In this document: in pieces, positions 59,643 through 64,000 of the stretch
Numbering within the stretch: the stretch's first letter is position 1
Layout of the letters: every line of letters begins with the position of its first letter
Origin: Candidatus Marinacidobacterales bacterium
Lineage (GTDB): Bacteria; Acidobacteriota; Vicinamibacteria; Marinacidobacterales; SMYC01
Direction of reading: 5' to 3'
Assembly: GCA_965237955.1 (NCBI GenBank)
Contig: OZ250169.1
Location: forward strand, 2,272,001-2,336,000
DNA length: 64,000 nucleotides
The notes under the pieces: model-generated
Database searches by the model: none
What the model saw: only the letters and a program-made list of their open reading frames with translations
What the model was told of the DNA's origin: nothing
Translations under genes and position numbers: made by a program

Positions 59643-60707
59643 TCAGCGATCCCTGACCGATCGCAACACCACCAACACCTCTTCCATGCTCGACGGGCGG
59701 TCGTCGGGCTCCTTGGAAAGCGCGCGGTGCACGAGCTCATCCAACGCATCCGGTACCGAGGGCTCCTGCTCCTTCAGTGGCGGTGGATCTTCGTTCACGA
59801 TCGCGACATAGCGATCGAGAGCGTTGTGGCCGGAGAACGCGCTCTTCCCACTGAGCATCTGATACAGCACGCAGCCGAACGAGAACACGTCGGCGCGCGC
59901 GTCCACGGTCTCCCCCCGGGCTTGTTCGGGCGCCATGTAACCTTTCGTACCTAGAATCTCGCCCGATTTGGTCAGTCTCTCTGCTGGGGACGACCCCTTG
60001 CCGGCGCAATCTCGAGCATCTTGGCGATCCCGAAATCGAGCAGCTTCACCTGAGCCGAATACGTCAACAGAATGTTGCCGGGCTTCAAATCTCGGTGCAC
60101 GATCCCTTTTCTCGTGGGCACAAGCGAGCGCCTCGGCCACCTGGATCGCCACGTGAAGCGTGTCTTCGAGGTCGAGCCGGCGCTCCCCCGAGAGGACGTG
60201 CTTCAACGTGTGCCCTTCGAGATACTCCATGACGATGTGTGGTGCGCCTTCATGCTCCATCAGGGTCACGAACTTCACGATGTTCGGATGCTCGAGGGCC
60301 GAGGCCGCGCTCGCCTCGCGACGCAACCGTGCAAGTCCCTCATCACTGACGAGCTCACGGATGAGGCGCTTGAGCGCGAAGGTGCGGCCTTCGTCGTCGA
60401 CGACTTTGTAGACCTCGCCCATACCGCCGGCGCCGACCTTCTCGACGATGCGATAGGGTCCAATCGTTTTGGGGGGCGGCGGCGTTTCAGCTGTTTTGGC
60501 CGTTTCAGCAAGCCCCGCCAACGACACTGGTGCCGCGGGGCTTTCGAGATAGTCGTCGTCGTAGGACTCGAGAAGGCTTTGGACTTCTTCAAAAAGCTCC
60601 GGCTCATGGCCGCAAAGCCGCTTCAGGAAGCCTGCACGGTTGGCTGGTTTTTCCGCGAGCACGGCCTCGAGTGCCGCTTTGACGCGATCCCAGTGGTTCT
60701 CAGTCAC
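59643..60707 (-). CDS. Hanks-type Ser/Thr protein kinase; catalytic loop lies in the +1 frame (two compensating indels)
   Basis: [23 protein letters not shown] and DVFSFG are in frame; HRDLKPGN and DFG appear only in the shifted frame between ~60107 and ~59990. Confidence 0.85.
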   Translation of the reverse strand: MTENHWDRVKAALEAVLAEKPANRAGFLKRLCGHEPELFEEVQSLLESYDDDYLESPAAPVSLAGLAETAKTAETPPPPKTIGPYRIVEKVGAGGMGEVYKVVDDEGRTFALKRLIRELVSDEGLARLRREASAASALEHPNIVKFVTLMEHEGAPHIVMEYLEGHTLKHVLSGERRLDLEDTLHVAIQVAEALACAHEKRDRAPRFEARQHSVDVFGSGEAARFRDRQDARDCAGKGSSPAERLTKSGEILGTKGYMAPEQARGETVDARADVFSFGCVLYQMLSGKSAFSGHNALDRYVAIVNEDPPPLKEQEPSVPDALDELVHRALSKEPDDRPSSMEEVLVVLRSVRDR

Positions 60708-61037
60708 CGAATGCGATGCCGAGTTCCCGCGCCGCGCGCACGATCGAGCTCGGAACTCGTTTCAAAATGAGCGACCGCCTTGGCGGGCGGTACCAGCTTG
60801 ATCGTCGGCGGCCGGAGCGCGACCATCGGGCCCCAATGACCTTCCACCGCGGCGCGCACCGCGGCCGAGCGGAACCGCGTTCCCAAGATCCGATCCCAGC
60901 TCTTGGATACCGACGGTCTCCCAACCGAGCGAGTATGCGGATCGGACGGCGGCTCGGATCACGGCGTTGAGGCCGGAACAGTCGCCGCCTCCAGTGAGAA
61001 TAGCGAGACGCTTTCTGCGTTTGCGTTTCATCTTCAC
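60700..61037 (-). pseudogene. pfkA: 6-phosphofructokinase remnant with large internal deletion
   Basis: N-terminal [16 protein letters not shown] abuts C-terminal [11 protein letters not shown]...MVAL... and [10 protein letters not shown] in other frames; only ~110 codons remain. Confidence 0.8.
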
Positions 61038-61038
61038 T

Positions 61039-62154
61039 TCAGGGACTCGCTCGCAACGCCCGTAAGGCTTGGACGACGTCGGCCACGTCGTCGTCGGTCA
61101 TGGAGGGATAGAGAGGCAGCGAAACGACGCTCTTCGCCGCCGCCTCGGCAACCGGGCAGCTCCCCTCACCTTGTTCCAGGCCACGATAGGCAGGTTGCAA
61201 GTGAACCGGGACGGGGTAGTGCACAAGCGTCTGGATCCCATCCTCGCCAAGATGTCCCTCGAGTGCGTCTCGTGACCGCGCTTTCACGACGAACAAATGG
61301 CGGGCCGACACCGAGCCCTCTCGCACCGCGATTGGGACGAGCTCGGTACCCTCGAGCGCTTTGACATAGCGCATCGAAATCTCGCGGCGCCTCTCGTTCC
61401 CACGTTCGAGGTGGGGCAGTTTCGCTCTGAGAACAGCGGCTTGGAGCTCATCGAGACGGCTGTTGAAACCGATCGATTCGTGCACGTAGCGGCTCGACTG
61501 TCCACCGTTTCGCAGGCGTTTGAGATGCACGGCGAGCTCTGCGTCGTAGGTGGCGATGAAGCCTGCGTCGCCGAGCGCACCGAGGTTTTTCGTTGGATAG
61601 AAGCTGAACGCCCCTGCCTGACCCAAGCTTCCCAACAGCTTTCCACGGTAGCGCGCACCGTGCGCCTGGCACGCGTCTTCGACGACAGGCAAACCGTGTT
61701 GCTCCGCGAGACTCATGAGAGCGTCCATGTCGCACGCGTTCCCGTAAAGATGCACGGGAACGATTGCCTTGGTACGGGACGTGATCCGATCGCGAACACT
61801 TTCCGGCGAGAGCGTGAGCGTGTCTTCGTCCACGTCTGCGAACACCGGCCGTGCTCCCAAACGACTGATGGCGAGTGCCGTGAACGCTGCCGTGAGAGGC
61901 GAGGTGACGACTTCATCACCGGGGCCGACGCCGAGCGCAAGAAGCGACAGGCTGATCGCGTCGGTCCCGGACGCGACCCCGACTCCATGCTTGGTGCCAC
62001 TCACGCGCCGAAACTCTTCCTCGAACGCTTCGACCTCGGGACCGAGAACGTACCAGGACGACGCGACCACGCGGCGGATGGCTTCGTCGATGTCGCGTGA
62101 AAGATTGTCGTCGCGAATAGCGAGGTCGTTGAACCGTACCGTGCGACCGCTCAA
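61039..62154 (-). CDS. DegT/DnrJ/EryC1/StrS sugar aminotransferase
   Basis: [42 protein letters not shown]. Confidence 0.93.
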   Translation of the reverse strand: MSGRTVRFNDLAIRDDNLSRDIDEAIRRVVASSWYVLGPEVEAFEEEFRRVSGTKHGVGVASGTDAISLSLLALGVGPGDEVVTSPLTAAFTALAISRLGARPVFADVDEDTLTLSPESVRDRITSRTKAIVPVHLYGNACDMDALMSLAEQHGLPVVEDACQAHGARYRGKLLGSLGQAGAFSFYPTKNLGALGDAGFIATYDAELAVHLKRLRNGGQSSRYVHESIGFNSRLDELQAAVLRAKLPHLERGNERRREISMRYVKALEGTELVPIAVREGSVSARHLFVVKARSRDALEGHLGEDGIQTLVHYPVPVHLQPAYRGLEQGEGSCPVAEAAAKSVVSLPLYPSMTDDDVADVVQALRALRASP

Positions 62155-63167
62155 CTCAAATAGCGCTCGATGTGCTCGCGGTAAAACTCGATGGTCTTCG
62201 ATACGCCTTCCGGCAACGGCGTTTTCGGCGCCCACCCCAACGCGCGCTCGATCTTTCCGTAGTCCGCGTAGAAATCGCCGATGTCGATGCGGCGCCGCTC
62301 TTCGGGAAACGGCACCAGTTTGTAGGTCGGCTCTTTCCCCGACACCTGGTAGAGGAGCTCGACGAAAGCCCGGAGTGACATCGGCGGCGTCGCACCCAGG
62401 TTGAAGGTTTCACCTTCGGCTTGGGGTGATGCCGCGGCGAGAAGAAACGCATCCACAACGTCGTCGACGTAGTTGAAGTCGCGCTTCTGCTCGCCGTCGC
62501 CGTACAGCAGGATCTCTTCGCCGAGCACGACCGAACGGATGACCCAGCCGGCAAAACCTTGCCGGTTGTGCTTCATGAGCTGACGGGGGCCGTAGGTATT
62601 GGTGAGCCGGAGCGACGTCGTGCGAAGCCCGTAGACATCGGCGTAAATCTGGTGGTACCTCTCGCCGCTCGCCTTGTTGATCCCGTTCACGTCCGTCGGC
62701 CGGATCGGGTGGTCTTCGGTGGCGGGAAGGTCGACCGGCTTACCGTAAATTTGCCGCGTGCTCGCGTATACGATGCGCACCTCGGAATTCACGTAACGAC
62801 ACGCCTCGAGAATCGAAAGCTGGCTCCGGCAGTTGATCTCGAGGTCGGTCATCGGGTCGACCATGCTGTCGATGTGGCTGACTTGACCCGCGAGATTGAA
62901 CAAGAAATCTTGATCCCGAACGAGATACCGCATCCCGTTCGCATCGCGGACGTCCGCGATGTTGACGGTGACTTGGGATTCTACGTCCGCGATGTTGAAG
63001 AGATTTCCGCCGTAGTCCGGAATGAGCGAGTCGACGAGGAGCACGTCCGCCCCGAGGGGGACGAGGGCTTTTGCGAGGTTAGAGCCGATGAAGCCGAGCC
63101 CACCGGTAATGAGAACCTTCTTGTTCTCGAAGGTCTTGCGGAAGAGGTCTTCGTTTACCAGTGTCAA
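62151..63167 (-). CDS. NAD-dependent epimerase/dehydratase
   Basis: TGGLGFIGSNL, FNLAGQVSH, STRQIYG, NGINK, RLTNTYGPRQ. Confidence 0.9.
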   Translation of the reverse strand: MTLVNEDLFRKTFENKKVLITGGLGFIGSNLAKALVPLGADVLLVDSLIPDYGGNLFNIADVESQVTVNIADVRDANGMRYLVRDQDFLFNLAGQVSHIDSMVDPMTDLEINCRSQLSILEACRYVNSEVRIVYASTRQIYGKPVDLPATEDHPIRPTDVNGINKASGERYHQIYADVYGLRTTSLRLTNTYGPRQLMKHNRQGFAGWVIRSVVLGEEILLYGDGEQKRDFNYVDDVVDAFLLAAASPQAEGETFNLGATPPMSLRAFVELLYQVSGKEPTYKLVPFPEERRRIDIGDFYADYGKIERALGWAPKTPLPEGVSKTIEFYREHIERYLS

Positions 63168-63198
63168 TTGCGTGCTCGAGACGGCGCGAGAGGCCTAC

Positions 63199-64000
63199 TC
63201 AGCGCACGACGCTCTCGGTGTCGCCCGCGGAACGTCCGGCCCGTCCGGAATGCCCGACGGTTTTCGAATCCTGTTCTTGCAGGTGGACTTTCCGGACGAC
63301 GAGATCGACCCACAGCCGCCCGAGGTCGATGAGCGTCTTCCCGATGCGCCGAAAGTTGAAAAACTGGCTCTTGCCGTAGGCGCGGTGAAAGTGGTGCACC
63401 GGCACTTCCTGAATGCGATAGCCGTTGTCTTGAACTTTCTTCATCAGCTCGACGCAAATAACGCCGCTGTCTTTCGTCAGCTCTACCTTGTCGAAGATCC
63501 CCCGGCGGAAGAGCCGAAAGTCACAGTCCACGTCCGAGAGCTTCAGCCCGAAAGCAATGCGTACACTCCAGTGGTAGAGCCGGCCGATGATGGCACGGTG
63601 CAGCGGATCGGAGCGGCCGATCTTGGTGCCGTTGACGAAATCGCTCGACGGCTCCCAAACCTCGAACAAACGCTCCATTTCGCGTGGATCGTACTGAGCG
63701 TCGCCGTCCGTATAGAAGATCAAATCCTTGGTGGCGGAGCCGAAACCGGTTCGGAGCGCACCGCCGTAGCCACGGTTTTCCGGGTGATGGACGACGCGGA
63801 GCTCGGGAAACACCGCTTCGAGCTCGGCGAGCACATCGGCGGTATGGTCGGAGCTCCCGTCGTTGACGACGACGATTTCGTAGTCATCCGCGAGCTTCCG
63901 CGCAGCAAGGCGTGCAGCCATCACCATACTCGGGATCGTGCCCGCATCGTTGTAGGCGGGAAAAACCACCGAGAGCTCGACGCGGGGGGTTTTCGTGGTA
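63199..64000 (-). CDS. Glycosyltransferase family 2 (polyprenol-phosphate glycosyltransferase-like), 5' end at or beyond the window edge
   Basis: SVVFPAYND, VVNDGSSD, NRGYGGAL, YTDGDAQY, DVDCDFRLF. Confidence 0.9.
   Translation of the reverse strand, partial: TTKTPRVELSVVFPAYNDAGTIPSMVMAARLAARKLADDYEIVVVNDGSSDHTADVLAELEAVFPELRVVHHPENRGYGGALRTGFGSATKDLIFYTDGDAQYDPREMERLFEVWEPSSDFVNGTKIGRSDPLHRAIIGRLYHWSVRIAFGLKLSDVDCDFRLFRRGIFDKVELTKDSGVICVELMKKVQDNGYRIQEVPVHHFHRAYGKSQFFNFRRIGKTLIDLGRLWVDLVVRKVHLQEQDSKTVGHSGRAGRSAGDTESVVR

Noticed and set aside
1-64000. CRISPR array, rRNA, prophage or known defence genes
   Set aside because: No regularly spaced 25-40-bp repeats, rRNA-like segments or phage/defence motifs were seen.

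Overview
GC-rich bacterial chromosome segment, plausibly Acidobacteriota (inferred from the Ser/Thr kinase type and overall gene content). From left to right it contains: (1) a myxobacterial-type pfa (PUFA-synthase-like iterative PKS) operon, pfaD-pfaA-pfaBC, running off the window start, whose second ACP lacks its serine; (2) mobile-element debris (IS200 remnant, IS630-derived MITE) at the 3' end of tRNA-Arg(ACG); (3) an IS110 element splitting an isoaspartyl peptidase/asparaginase gene, then tRNA-Glu(CTC); (4) a frameshifted large hypothetical gene, a fused membrane/spermidine-synthase gene and an intact IS630; (5) a ~30 kb surface-glycan region with GT4s, GT-C membrane transferases, methyltransferases, a deacetylase, a GNAT, two NeuB synthases, three cytidylyltransferase domains, a flippase and a GT9, interleaved with rhomboid, alr and a Na+/H+ antiporter; (6) clpC, a lipoprotein, a sulfatase-like enzyme, a DUF3179 UGA-readthrough selenoprotein, a kinase, a pfkA deletion remnant and further sugar-nucleotide genes. 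The most striking signal is in the IS110 left end. It encodes a ~160-nt structured RNA whose two apical loops are contiguous copies of the element's left and right insertion junctions (target half + AG core + element end), unlike the split target-loop/donor-loop guides of canonical IS621 bridge RNA. Several frameshifts fall in homopolymers and may be assembly errors.
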